NCBI RefSeq assembly: GCF_963921235.1
Contig: NC_086108.1
Span: 27,158,001 to 27,222,000, forward strand
From: Mobula hypostoma
Lineage: Eukaryota
Reading direction: 5' to 3'
Length of the DNA: 64,000 nt
Shown here: positions 49,976 to 62,914 of the stretch, in pieces
Layout: each line of letters begins with the position of its first letter
How positions within the stretch are numbered: the stretch's first letter is position 1
Notes under the pieces: model-generated
Told to the model about the DNA's origin: nothing
Databases searched by the model: none
Seen by the model: only the letters and a program-made list of their open reading frames with translations
Translations under genes and position numbers: made by a program

Positions 49976-50673
49976 AAGTTCGTACACAATGTCAGCAAGA
50001 CTGAAGAGCTGATTATAGACTTCTGGAGAATGAAACCGGAGGTTCATGAGCCAATCCTCATCGAGGGATAAGAGGTGGAGAGCGTCAGGAGCTTTAAATT
50101 CCTTGGTGTTAACATTTGAGAAGACCTGTTGTGGGCCCAGCATGTAAATGAAATTACAAAGAAAGCATGGCAATACCTCTACTTCCTTAAAAGTTTGCAA
50201 AGATTCGACACGACGGCTAAAACTTCGACAAACTTCTATAGGTGAGTGGTGGAGAGTTTTTTTTGACTGGCTGCCTTACAGCCTGGTATGGAAACACTAA
50301 TGTCCTTGAATAGAAAATCGTACAAAAAAATAGTGGATGCCATCCAATCCATCATTGATAAAGCCCTCCCCCTCCCCACCCCAGACAGCACAACTACATG
50401 GAGTGTCGTCACAGGAAAGCAGCATCCATCATCGGGCAGCCCCACCATCCAGGCCAGGCTCTGTTCTCACTGCTGCCATCAGGAAGAAGGTACAGGAACT
50501 TCAGGATGCACACCACCATGTTTAAGATCATTATTACCCCTCAACCATCAGGCTCTTGAACTAGAGGGGCTAGCTTCACCATAACTCACTTGCCCAACAA
50601 CTGAAATGTTCCCACAACCTATGCACTCACTTTTAAGGACCCTTTATCTCATGTTCTCGATCTTTATTGCTTA

Positions 50674-51833
50674 CTAGACAACGGGGTGACCCATTGGGGC
50701 ACCCTTTGACAGAAGGGTAGTGCAGTCTGATGTGACCAGAATGAACGTTAAATTTTCCTGAATGCTATTCATATTGCTTTGCTTTGGAAATTGAAGAAGG
50801 AAACCTCAGTTTATTAAAGAAGAATGACACGTAGCACGGCAATTATAGCTCCTCCTTGTTTAACGAAGGACACTTTTGATGGCATCATTTCTGGTTGATC
50901 TGCCACCCTTGTGCCTATCGTTGTCATTCTGAAGATGTGCAGTCCTTTCATCCGCCATCTCTTCATCTCTTCTGCTGTTTATTCTTTGTTTCTGATCTTG
51001 GAGAAGTGCATTTCTCAGCTCCTTTGTCTCTTCATCTCTCCTTTTTCTATGCCAGTTGTTGTCATTTTTGAGACGTGCATGCCTCTCCTCCTCTGTCTCT
51101 TCTTCTGTCATCTTTTTTGTCCTGAATCTTTGATCCTAGAGTCGTGTGGCCCTGCCCTCGTCCGATTCTTGTTCGCTCCCTCTCCTTGCCGTTTCCCGAC
51201 GACATTTGGCATCATTATATCCTCTTTCTCTTTCCCTGCGGCATAATTAGGCTGACCATATTTACTTTACCCTAATGCTGGGATAGTAACACCACAGCCT
51301 CCAGGATGCTGATGATGTGGTTGGCACTCTCCTAAATGGACATGGTATAGTCAACGCTGTCCTTTGACTGCAGCAAAGAGTTTGATGGGTGTCTCGAAGT
51401 ATGTCATTACAATAAGATTTAATTATTTCTTATTGATGGGTCTCAGTTTGATCTGTCCCAATCCTGCACATGCTGATGGTGATTAGCAGAATGTGACCGC
51501 TCGAAGTAGTGCTGCCCTGCCCTGTTACTCTGGTTGGTGTCACAGCTGTGAGCATCGTGAGTGGCTTCTGAGGCTGGCCATGCGCATGCGTCGTAGTGTG
51601 GCGTCACGGCTTCCATCATGGCTGACATCGGCTCTCTAGTGAAAGCGGGGCTGTTGATTTTTGCGAGTGATCAATTTTAAACGAATATATAACCCTGAAC
51701 TTCGCCTGCATTCTGTAAGTTAGTGCAGTTTAAGTTGATTTAGCCAAAAATAGTGCTGTTGTAATGCACTGTTTGTGTTAATTGGAGGTCACAAACAGAC
51801 AAACAGAGCATAAGAGTTTTAGTAGTATATAGA
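50674..51833 (-). mobile_element. Complete non-autonomous Helitron, 1160 bp
   Basis: On minus: 5' TCTATATACTACT, 3' hairpin GGGTGCCCCAATGGGTCACCC, then GTTGTCTAG. Inserted between A and T with no TSD. It interrupts a Rex 3' UTR comparable to the uninterrupted one at ~25590. Confidence 0.9.
50880..51245 (-). pseudogene. Helitron N-terminal STPR-like 23-aa repeat region
   Basis: Units EQESDEGRATRL*DQRFRTKKMT / EEETEEERHARLKNDNNWHRKRR / DEETKELRNALLQDQKQRINSRR / DEEMADERTAHLQNDNDRHKGGR. Confidence 0.7.
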
Positions 51834-52565
51834 TTCAGTTATTATCGTTATTATCTTTTTTTTCTATTTACCCGATTTGTAGACTCTCGCACATTAGTTG
51901 TCTGTCCTGTTGGTGCAGTTTTCCGATTATGGTTATGGGATTTATTGAGTATGCCTGCAAGAAAATATACCTCAGGGTTGCACATGGTGACATATGTGTA
52001 CTTTGATAATAAATTTACATTGAACTTAGAACTTTGAAATTTTTCTACAACACATGAACTGAATTAAACCATTCCCAGGGCAGTATTTGTACAGCAAAAA
52101 TGCACTGAAGTCCAAATAACCAATTAAATGTTGTATTGCCACAGAGATTAAACACCACACTTTGCTCACTTTCCAGCTCGAGAATTGGAAACTTCCATCA
52201 GGTCTGTACCTTTAATTTCATGGCATTCATTGATCCCTTCAACCAGCTTGTCCCCCCCATAACCCCGTTACTGCACTTTAAATATAATCTGACAGGATTC
52301 CTTCCATTAGATTAAAGTGGTGATTTATTTTCATTCCTTTTATTTTACTCTTCTCGTTTCCTGTCCAAGGGAGGCAGCAACATCTTTCTTAGTCATTGCT
52401 CATCTTTATCAGTAAAAGAGGCAAGAGATGGATTGGAGTCACAGTGTTTCCCTCCTGGCTGACAGATCTGCCAGCATTCACTGCACGAGGTCACAAATGA
52501 AAGAGCACCACTCGAACAAAGAAGTCTTGAATTTCTGAAGGCTGCTTTACCAGGACCCAGCCAAC

Positions 52566-52845
52566 ATGCCACAGCTAGTAGAACAGTTGCCTCACAGCGC
52601 CAGACACCAGGGTTCAATCCTGACTTTGTGTGCGCTGTCTGTGTGGAGTTTGCTGGCTTTCGCTGACCGGGTGCTCACGTTTTCTTTTAAGTCACATAGG
52701 TATACTGTTTTGTTAGATAATGGGCCACTGCCCCTAGTGTGCAGGTATAGGTAGAAAGTGGGAGAATAAGATATTCAACTTGTCCATTGATGTGGGAGTT
52801 CAGTGAGCTGAAGAACTTGTTTCTCTGCTGTACGACTCCATCCTT
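52566..52845 (+). mobile_element. V-SINE
   Basis: GCCTCACAGCGCCAGACACCAGGGTTCAATCCTGAC..CTGTGTGGAGTTTGC. Confidence 0.7.
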
Positions 52846-53467
52846 ATGAGGGTGAGGGCTGAGGTCCATCTCAGGCAATAGTAGCAGACTCTCTCTGAAC
52901 CAGTTTGAACTAGGGTCCTTATTCTCATTCCGTTATCAATAGACCGATTTGCCATCTCCACTGTGCCTGAGATTTCCCCTTTTAAATAAATCACTGCCAC
53001 TTAATTATATTTATATAGATCACTGCCCCAGAGCTGTACATAAATAGATCAATCCTGCAAAAGGTTTCTGAATTGGGGTCAGCTCCCCTGTAGTCTAGCT
53101 CACTGTCATTTAGCTCTATATAAATTGGTGATTTCCCCTTAAATATCAATCAGTCTCATAGCTTCATGTAAGTACAGCAGATCTTTGCCTTCAGAATCAA
53201 TCACAGATTTTAATGTATTTAAATAGATTGTTTTAATTACTTTGGCCTGTTAAATTGCAAGTAATGTTCGACTCACAGAATAAAGATTAAAAAGATGTGC
53301 ATATGAATGGAGTATTGTGTCTTTGACTGGATGTCAAATACCTGGGTCCAAATACCTACTGAGCAGGAGGTGGAGTCCTAAATTTAGCTGTTTTAGAGTT
53401 TTCTCTGCACATTCACACCCCTCCAAATCTCCCCACTCTTTACCCCCATACTTGAGATCCAGATTAA

Positions 53468-54325
53468 CACTACGTCCATACTAGACCAGATAATTTTGAG
53501 AATGCCGGTTTCACGTAAAAATGATAGGCGTCCACACCAGGCGTTTTTGAAAATACCTCAGTCCACATTAGAACAGATATTTGGGCGAATCTCCTCCTAC
53601 CGGGCACGCGCAGGACACACAGGAAACAAGCGAAGAGGGAACGGTATACTTGGTGCGCATTTGTCCAGTTACAGAGTAAAAGAACTTAAAAGGAAATTGC
53701 CAAACGAAAGACTTGGTGTGCGTTTGTCCAGAAACATTTCCTACAGCCATAGTCTCTTCACCGATGAAAGGGATGACAGCTACAACTAAATGCAATAAGG
53801 CTTGTTACTGGGCAAAAGTGAAATTTGCTGTTACCTCATTTGTTTGCCTTTACTTTTGCCATGTCTTTGTGTATTATTTTGCTGTATTTAACATGTGCAA
53901 TAAAACGAGTTACTGGGCAAAAGTGACAATTGTATCTGTTGAATGTTTGCACAAGCAATACATTAATAAAGCACCTTGTTAAATGTATAAAACATGTCTG
54001 CTTCAGTGTTATCTTGTATTTCCATACAATGTTACATTAGGATGTTACACATCTATTGTCAGATATTGTTGTGGTGTTGGAGGTTGTGTTCAGGAAAACA
54101 ATGAAATGCCGCACAGCTGCCACCATTTGTTCCGGCACGTCATGACAGCGGTTTTAAAATTAGCCGGTTACCCCGTACACACTACGACGGCCAACCAGCG
54201 TCTCCAGAGTGTTTTAGAAAAGCTCTATTTTCGAGGGAGAAAAATGCCATTTCAGTGTGGACGGGGGTCAAAACAAAGGAAAAAACTTCGGTTACAGATT
54301 TATCTGGTCTAGTGTGGACGTAGCC
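53468..54325. mobile_element. Non-autonomous PIF/Harbinger-type DNA transposon, copy 2, inverted relative to copy 1
   Basis: TIRs CTACGTCCATACTAGACCAGATAA / TTATCTGGTCTAGTGTGGACGTAGCC. TSD TAA at 53465-53467 and 54326-54328. Confidence 0.88.
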
Positions 54326-54443
54326 TAAGACCGACATACAATTTCAAATACTGTGAAATCTCTCCACTCATTTACCACTCACCTCAAACAGGGTCGAAAT
54401 GAAAATTGCAAAGCAAGAATGAACACATTTTTATGCACAGAAG

Positions 54444-55210
54444 ATAGAAACATAGAAACATAGAAACATAGAAAATAGGTGCAGGAGTAGGCCATTCGGC
54501 CCTTCGAGCCTGCACCGCCATTTATTATGATCATGGCTGATCATCCAACTCAGAACCCAGCCTTCCCTCCATACCCCCTGACCCCTGTAGCCACAAGGGC
54601 CATATCTAACTTCCTTTTAAACATAGCTAATGAACTGGCCTCAACAGTTTGCTGTGGCAGAGAATTCCACAGATTCACCACTCTCTGTGTGAAGAAGTTT
54701 TTCCTAACCTCGGTCCTAAAAGGCTTCCCCTCTATCCTCAAACTGTGACCCCTCGTTCTAGACCTCCCCAACATCGGGAACAATCTTCCCGCATCTAGCC
54801 TGTCCAATCCCTTTAGGATCTTATACGTTTCAATCAGATCCCCCCTCAATCTTCTAAATTCCAACGAGTACAAGCCCAGTTCATCCAGTCTTTCTTCATA
54901 TGAAAGACCTGCCATCCCAGGAATCAATCTGGTGAACCTTCTTTGTACTCCCTCTATGGCAAAGATGTCTTTCCTCAGATTAGGGGACCAAAACTGCACA
55001 CAATACTCCAGGTGTGGTCTCACCAAGGCCTTGTACAACTGCAGTAGTACCTCCCTGCTCCTGTACTCGAATCCTCTCGCTATAAATGCCAGCATACCAT
55101 TCGCCCTTTTCACCGCCTGCTGTACCTGCATGCCCACTTTCAATGACTGGTGTATAATGACACCCAGGTCTCGTTGCACCTCCCCTTTTCCTAATCGGCC
55201 ACCATTCAGA
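54444..55210 (-). mobile_element. Very young 5'-truncated CR1 LINE with an uninterrupted ORF2 C-terminus
   Basis: Peptide QRDLGVII..LVRPHLEYCVQFWSP..RGDLIETYKI..FFTQRVVNLWNSLP and a (TAGAAACA)n tail. Confidence 0.95.
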
Positions 55211-56179
55211 TGTTTGGTGATAGAGGACTGAGGTACAGCATGGACACTAAATGGCAAAAGGGGAACTGAATGACCTAATTTTAGTGTAATTTCGAATTAT
55301 CTCATGGCCTCGCATGAGCCAGGGACTTTGCTAACAGTAGTGGTCATCCTTTGAACCAGCACTCTGGAGAGGAAAGGACAGTATATGCTTAATGTCTGAG
55401 AGGTTTATGAGGGAGGAGGTACAGGAGGTAAGGGCGACTGAAGGTGTCGATACTGGACCGACTGATGCAAAGACAAAGTACCACAAAAACACTAACACAT
55501 GTAATTCTTTTTCAAACCTTTATTCTTTACTCATAGCATGCTATGGGGGAAGTTACAGACTGATCTCCCAAAAGAGCCAGTCCAGACACTGCCCCCAAAT
55601 TACACAGTTCTCCACAGTTTATAGCATTGATCAGGTAGCAGGAAATCTTACGATTACAAGTTTAGATAATATTAGAGTCATTTCAATCACATGCTAAGAT
55701 ACAATTAGATGTAAAATAATCATTGGTCAGTTAGTTATAATTATTTTAAGCCAAAGCTAGCCCATCAGTTCCTCATTCGTACCCTTCCCCTTTTCTCCAG
55801 AACAGTCTAGCCCCTACAATATACTTCCCATATTTAGCTATACCTTGGGCTGCTTCTGCAAGATCAGAGAGTTCCTTATTTGAGCTTTTGCCTATCTTTA
55901 GTGAACAATGACTAGTATGTCACTGGTTGCTGGGTAAAACTTCTTTTTGTCTGTCCAAAACAGTAAGCTAAGTTGCCCACAAGGTGATTGATCATTAGTT
56001 AATAATTGTTCTTAGTCTATACACCTATTTACCTACCCCTTCATCCCTTCAAAGGCACACACTCTACAATTCAGAAACAGCTTCTTCCCCTCTGCCATCA
56101 TTTGCACTATTTAATTATAACAACAGATTTTGTGACTTTTGACAGTGATATTAATTCTGGTGTATTTGGGCCTGTACTT

Positions 56180-56565
56180 TATTATATTCAGAAGGATTAG
56201 GGGTATCATATTGAAACAGTGTGAACATTGAAAGTCCTATATGGAATAGATGTAGAGAGGATGTTTCCATTAGTCCAGGGTCTGAGAGCACAACCTCAGA
56301 ATAGAGGGACATTCTTTTAAATCTGAGATGAAGAGTGATTTCCTTGGCCAAAGGATAATGGATTCATCGCCCCAGATGGCTGTGGAGGCTAAATCAATGT
56401 ACTTAAGCCTGAGAATGGTAGATTGATGGGGAGGTGATAAGGGTTATGGATAGAAGATTGGAGAATGGGATTTTTTTTTTAAATCCGCCATGATTGACCC
56501 TGGCAGAGCTGACTCAATGGGCTGAAGAGCTTAATTCTGCTCCTGCATCTTACGGTCTGACTGTA
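56180..56565 (+). mobile_element. Old CR1 3' fragment
   Basis: GAGAGGATGTTTCC..CTCAGAATAGAGGGAC..GCTGTGGAGGC..ATGGGCTGAA. Confidence 0.65.
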
Positions 56566-56934
56566 TAATTTATTAGTCTTATGGACAGAAACAACTACAA
56601 GGTTTTGTCGCCATTGATGCCCCATATGGGGCTCTCTATTTCTGCACTGCTGAGGAGTCGAAGAGCAGTAGGAAGCTGAGATGAAGACTCTGACCTGTGC
56701 TCTGGGACCCTTCATTCTCAGTCAGGCAGGTTTTCCTCTTGGTCTGTTGGACAAGTATATGCTAAATAATTTTATGCTGAGCATTTCAATAATTAATTTT
56801 GTATTGTTTTGTCAGGGCATACTCTAATGGTTTCTTCAATATTTAAAGGAAAACTTAGCTGATAGACCAAAGCCCGTTGTGTGAGGGCATCTTGTGGAAA
56901 AACAATTGGTAGTTTATTCAGTGCTACAATTTTA

Positions 56935-57348
56935 AAAATCAGAGAACTGCAGAAGTCAAAAATATCAATAAAATTTTGGAAACACTCCACAGGTTAGGCA
57001 TCATCTCTGGAAAGGGAAAAGATGTTCATGTTTTAAGCCAAAGATCCTTTATCAGAAGAGATATTCAGGAATAGAATACATATCTCTGCAAGCAGCAGAA
57101 ATGCTACCCCTGCCCATTCACCTCCTTCCTCACCTCCATTCAGGCCTCCAAACGGTCCTACCAGGTGACGCAACATTTCACCTGTGAATCTGCTGGGGTC
57201 ATCTACTGTATCCAGTGCTCACGATGCAGCCTCTTCTACATTGGTGAGATCTGACGTCACTAGAGGCTGCCTGACTTGCTGAGTTCCTCCAGTATTTTGC
57301 ATGCGTTGCGTTGCATTTCCTGCATCTGGGCAAAGTCTCTTGTGTTTA
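56935..57348. mobile_element. Penelope-like remnant with inverted arms and a GIY-YIG piece
   Basis: 57160-57255 (+) encodes QHFTCESAGVIYCIQCSRCSLFYIGE, flanked by oppositely oriented terminal segments. Confidence 0.7.
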
Positions 57349-57924
57349 TAAAGTTGTTTACTGTTTCTCTTTCTTGCTTTGTGGAGGTTAGGAAAAGATG
57401 TAGTTAAAAACATTCTCTATTTTTATTCAGATTTTAAAATTTTATCCACATTAAGTTCCACAGTGGCCTTACCCCAAAATACTACACATCGGTCCACACT
57501 ACTCCAGTTCTTAAACTTTCGAGATATCGACACTCCTTCAATTTAAGCTTCTGCAGAAAAATATTGAAAAAGATTTCCAAGTAATGATGGCCCGGCATTT
57601 CTCAGCATTTCTTCTGCTGCTGAGGCTCTTATTGAGATTCCATTCCCAAATCACTCCATTTGCCTATCACTCACTCATGATCTGAGACTCTCCTTAAAAC
57701 TCATCTATTATAACAAGCTTCTGGTGACATTTTTTCACCTTACTCACTCTTGTAGCCATCTCTGTAAATGCTAGTATGTATTGACTAACCTTAGGGGCTC
57801 CTAAATTTAGGTGACAGTTGAGAGATGACTCATTAGTGGTCCTGGTTTCATCTAAAGAGCATAAAGTCATTAGCCAAGTAAGTACCTTTTCATAAAAACA
57901 GCATTTCAGATAGTAGAGGTGCAT

Positions 57925-58185
57925 TCCAGTGCCTTTGCATCCTGAATTCATCCTGACCATTGATGCTGTCTTTACAGAGTTTACACAGTCTTCCCCTGAC
58001 TCCTGGCTTTCTCCTAATGCTCCAGTTTTCTCCTTCACCCGAAAAACCTGTCGGTTGGTAATTAGCTGGCCTCTAGTTTGCAAGAGAGTGGGAAAATATG
58101 ATTGGAGTTGACAAGAATGAGGGGAAAATATGTGAATTAGTTTAAATTCAATGAGTCAATAGGTCTACGTCCATGCTGCGTGAGT
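57925..58185 (+). mobile_element. Old V-SINE
   Basis: TCATCCTGACC..TGCTGTCTTTACAGAGTTTACAC..TCCCCTGAC core. Confidence 0.5.
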
Positions 58186-60247
58186 TTGTGGTTATGAACC
58201 TGAACATTTTATTTTATTTATATACATTTTTCATTTGCTTCAGTGTGATTTGTACTCCCGCCACCAGAACAGTACAAAGTGAGAGCCAATCCAGCACCTT
58301 AACCACTGCACCACTGCACTCCTCCTGTGCCGATATTAACCCTCAGGAGTGATACATACCATGTGATATCCAGGATCGCTTACCAAACTGGAAAGGCAGA
58401 TAAAAATGCAAAAAAAAAATTGTTATGAACAAAGGTGTTGACTGGCAGGAATTTTGCTTCCCAGGAGGAAGTGAAATAAATATACAATTGAACCCGGAGC
58501 ACTTTGTACAACTGAATGTGACTCCACTGTCCGTGCTCAGCTCCATCATACTGATGTGGTTAGTAACCTGCCTTGGCCTGCTCTGTCATTCATGGAGATC
58601 ACGGCTGAGTTCTGCATCACTTACTCTCCTCACTACCAGTTCTAGATAAAAATTGCAAGAAACTGTATAAGAAATCAATCATTCTTCATATTCATTTCTT
58701 AGAATAAAGATGGGATTGTTTGAATGATAGGGGCACACTTAATAGAGGTGGAACAACGCAACTGTTCTTATTGTGTGCTATTTGGGGATTTTATTGAGCA
58801 TTTTACACTGGAACCTACCTTTTGTGAAAATCCAAGACCAGTGTGCCCTTGCTTATGGTGAAGTATTCCCACAGTGTTCATATTTGTCACTAATTTACAG
58901 GAGATGTATTAGGTGTGTTTTGCAGTGCTTTCTCCTTCCTGCCTGTGTCATCATTTTCGGACTTCTAAGCTACCTTTCAAGCTACCAGAGGATCTTTTAA
59001 TCTCTGTGACATAGATAAATGGAAGTTCCAGGCTCACGAGCCGAGCTATTCCCAGTGAGAATTACTTTTAACAACAATAAGCAGCAATACGCTCAAACAT
59101 TCCACCCATTACTGTGTAGGTATGTGATTATCATCTCGTTTATAAAAGGATATCTGAAAAAAAAGACTGAATTTAAAAGAAATTTTAAAGGTCATATTGA
59201 TTTTATTACCAGATTTCAGCATGCAGAAGAATAAAAATCACTAACTGTAAGCACACACAAAGGAAGCTCAACTAATTAGTGTTTATTCACAATAGGGACA
59301 TTTCCTGAATTGTATCTGCCTTTTCCTGACAAATCAATTAGTTTGAAAGGGTCTGGTGTGGCAGAATACAAGGCTTAAATAAATTCCATGAAAATATCGA
59401 GGGAAAGCAGAGGGATTCACATTGCAGTGTATGCGGTAGAACCAGGGAAAGTTTCAGAATCAGGATCAGGTTTATGAGGTCACAACCACAGGCTCTGCTG
59501 TAGGGTCTACGTGCCAGCGCGGTTTTGACAATCGTGCTCGTGAGTATGTACGTTCCAGCTGATTGCTGTTCCATTATGGTGGTATTTAATTCCCTTCTTT
59601 TTGTCCTAGTCTTGTCAATGTTTGACCAAAAGCACAGCAATGTTTACACTCTCTCCTTACCCTCAGCCTTGTCTGGGTAAGAAGACTAGGGTGTTGACTG
59701 ATGCTGTCAAGGAGCTGTATTCATTTAGTATTAGTTATTGTTTCCAGCCACAGTGTTCTGGGAGATGCGGCTCGTTAGCCCCTTGCAAACAGCCACTGGA
59801 CTCAGCGGTGAGAAAACCACCTTTCTCAAACTCTAAGCGTCTAATGTTGGTATGACTTGGGTCCCACCAAAACCAGGAAGTTGGGATGTCTCGACCACCC
59901 GAACCCCGATCTGTGTATACTGTGTAAGTTCTGCCCCTATGCAATTAGCCGTTGGCAAGAAATAATGCATTGTATACTACATACAATTATAAAGGAAGTA
60001 TTTTTACAAATTTCAGCTTTATCGGTCAGTAGGAAAAAGAAAGAAAAAATAAGAAGGGCCCATTACAGTTAACCCAATCCAAATGTGCATATAAGTTGAG
60101 CTCATCTTGAAATTGTCTTTAACTTGCACGCTGGACTCACAGCTTATGTGAAAGCACACACCACCTTCCAAATTTCACTCAAAATCTATCTCGAACAAAG
60201 AGACTCCCCCCCACGAGTTTTGGTCCCTCCTCCTTGAAGACCTTTCT

Positions 60248-60330
60248 AAGGTAGGGACATGTTCGGCACAATTTTGTGGGCCGAAGGGCCTGTATTGTGC
60301 TGTAGGTTTTCCATGTTCCTATATTTCTAA
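60248..60330 (+). mobile_element. CR1 3' tail
   Basis: TCGGCACAA..TGTGGGCCGAAGGGCCTGTATTGTGCTGTAG. Confidence 0.7.
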
Positions 60331-60649
60331 GATATTTATCTGCACAAAGCACCTTGTGCAACAGAGACAGCATCCTCAGCCATCTTCCCTCCTGTTTCTT
60401 CCAGCTCCCGCCAAAAAGACCTCAACCCACGTTAGTGTCCGTCACCAAAACCTCTCCACCCAGCGTTCTCTAGAACCTTCTCCCAATTCCACCATCCTGA
60501 TTGGCTGACACAACAGTCTGAATTTGAACAACATAAGCCCCTTATCTTTTGCTCAAACCCAAACATGCTAAAAGTAGAACAAACTGCTCTTGCAGAACTG
60601 TTAAAATGCAATACCTACAGCATAGTAGTAAAAAATCTTAACCAGGGCA

Positions 60650-60677
<28 letters not shown>
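60650..60677. repeat. (CA)n microsatellite, about 14 units
   Basis: Directly visible in the sequence. Confidence 0.95.
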
Positions 60678-60681
<4 letters not shown>

Positions 60682-61420
60682 CTGGATGCTGGGGAGGCTA
60701 GTGCCCATGATGGAGCTAGCAACTTTTTTGATCCTGCGCAGTGGCCCCTCCATACAGACAATGATGCAACCAGTTAGAATGGTCTCCATGGTACATCTGT
60801 AGAAATTTGAGAGTGTCTTTGCTGACATACCAATTCTTCTCAAACTCCTAATGAAATATAGCTGCTGTAGTGCTTTTTTTGTAACTGGCATCAATATGTT
60901 GGGCCCAGGATAGACGTTGACACTCAGGAACTTGAAACTGCTCACCTTTCCATTTCTGATCCCTCGGCATCCCTTCCTGAAATCCATCGTCAGTTCCTTG
61001 GTACTACTGATGTTGAGTGCCAGGTTGTTGCTGCAACACCACTCAACCAGCTGATCTGTTTAGCTCCTGTGTGCCTCCTCTACGTCATCTGAAATTCTGT
61101 TGACAATAGTTGTGTTGTTGGCATATTTCTAGATGGTGTTTAAGTGGTGCCTAGCCACACAATCATGGGTGAAGAGAGAGTAGAGCAGTGGGCTAAGCAT
61201 GCATCTTTGAGGTGCATCTGTGTTGATTGTCAGCAAGAGTGAGATGTTATTTATGATCTGTACAGACTGTGGTCTCCAGGTGAGAAAGCCAAGGATCTAG
61301 TTGCAGAGACCCATGGTTCAGTGCTTGTTGATTAGAACTGAGGGCATGATTGTGTTGAACACTGAGCTGTAGTCAATATACAGCAGCTTGATGTAGGTAT
61401 TAGTATTGTCCAAGTGATCT
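60678..61420 (-). mobile_element. Rex1/Babar LINE RT fragment
   Basis: Peptide VSSFKFL..KKALQQLYFIRSLRRIGMSAKTLSNFYRCTMETILTGCI. Colinear with 22020-22820. Confidence 0.85.
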
Positions 61421-61964
61421 ATTATGGTTTCAGTCAAAAGTTTCAGGAAGACATAATATCTGTTCACTGTGGATGTTTGCCACTTAATTGAATCTGTATA
61501 TCTTTCTGCAACAAATGTATGAATGTATGATAGAACACTTCTAAGATCTATGGAACGATTCTTTATCTGCTTCTTTGCAACAGTTACTTTGTTTTGTGTT
61601 TATCAAAGTGACAGATGGCAGTGATGCAGAATTCAATAATTTTCAACTCTCCCAACATTTAACATCCAAAAGTGTCAGGACAGTACTATTTTGGTCAAGT
61701 GCAAATAAGATTCTTTCTTGGATGGTTGCACTATCAGTGTCCTGAACGATCTAGATAATAGATTTCTGAGCAGAAGCTGAATCAAAATGCCAGGGGATTT
61801 GAATGGGACTTATAGAAAAAAAAGGAATAGGTTTAAAAGGGAAAATTCTGAAATTCAGAACCACACAGCTGAGGTCATGCCTTCCCAATATCTTGTATAA
61901 AGGATGGCAGTCTGCATATGAAGCCTGAGTCAAGGAAGTGAAGAAATGTGGAACAATTCAATAA

Positions 61965-62100
61965 CATCTTCCCCATTCAGTCCTGAAGAAGAGTCTCAGT
62001 TCAAAATGCTGACTGTTTATTCCTCTCCATTGATGCTACCTGACCTGCTGAGTTCCAGCAGTATTTTGTGGATTTCCAGCATCTGCAGAATCTCATTTCT
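61965..62100 (+). mobile_element. Penelope-like terminal fragment with a decayed hammerhead
   Basis: CAGTCCTGAAGAAGAGTCTCAGTTCAAAATGCTGACTG...GATTTCCAGCATCTGCAG. Confidence 0.6.
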
Positions 62101-62914
62101 TTATTCAATGGCCGAAGCTGGTTTCACAGAAAGAGAGGAATGAGGCAGAGGCATAATTTCTACAGAAGAATGACTATTTAAACTTGGAGGCCTTGATGAA
62201 CCATGAAGTAACAGGTATGATATAACCAGTATATAATGCAAACGGTAGTGATAGTGAGCAGGTGAGATAGAGGCAATGGAGCTTTGAATGAATGAATGGA
62301 GACTTAAAGAATGGGTCAGTCAGACGAACATTGCATCTGTCAAACTTTAAAGATACTGAAGAAATCTATAGTATTTCTAAGCTGTGTCATTTTCTATGTA
62401 TCTTCAGGATGTCCCTTAATGTTTCATAGCCATCATGGTACAAAACAATCTATTGAACTAAGTGAGTTAAGCAATGTCTGTCTGTCAGTGTTTTGAGTTG
62501 AAACCCTACATCAGTCACTGAGGCAGCTCAGTCCACTGAGTTCCTGCAGCAGGTTCAGTGTTGCTTCAGATTTCAGCACCTGCAGTCTGTTCTGATCCCA
62601 AATTACAAAACACATCAGCTAATTTATGACAAAGTAGTATGAGTTCAGCTAATTAGTTCTTGCCACTATTCATTGAGATATGGTGTGAGCCATGACATCA
62701 CAGCGACCTCACTCTTCCCACTTCCACCTCTCCCACCATGTTTCAGCTTCCCTAATGATCTTCCCCTCTCTGACCCTGAACAATCAACACTCAGTTTTGT
62801 CCTTGTGTCCCTACCTTGGTGAGTTCCAATGTTGGCATGATATTGATTTTCCATCTCCTCTGCCTTCATGACTAATCCTTTAACCAGGAGTCCTCAACAT
62901 TTCTCCCATCTCCC

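Larger units (their letters stand above)
47930..52035 (+). mobile_element. Rex1/Babar LINE broken into three parts by nested insertions
   Basis: Parts are 47930-48171 (KFADNTT), ~49985-50673 and 51834-52035 (3' UTR, ACTTTGATAATAAATTTAC). They join into one colinear element. Confidence 0.8.

Noticed and set aside
55211..55257. N-terminus of the 235-aa minus-strand ORF as a chimeric gene
   Set aside because: It is a chance open frame in the flank upstream of a 5'-truncated CR1, with no ATG start or splice evidence.
59650..59812. Plus-strand AG/GT pairs suggesting small exons
   Set aside because: The peptides are unrecognised, and such sites are expected by chance in 64 kb.
60140..60640. Possible third LTR (GCCATCTT and CTGATTGGCTG motifs)
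   Set aside because: I could not identify TG...CA termini with a TSD.
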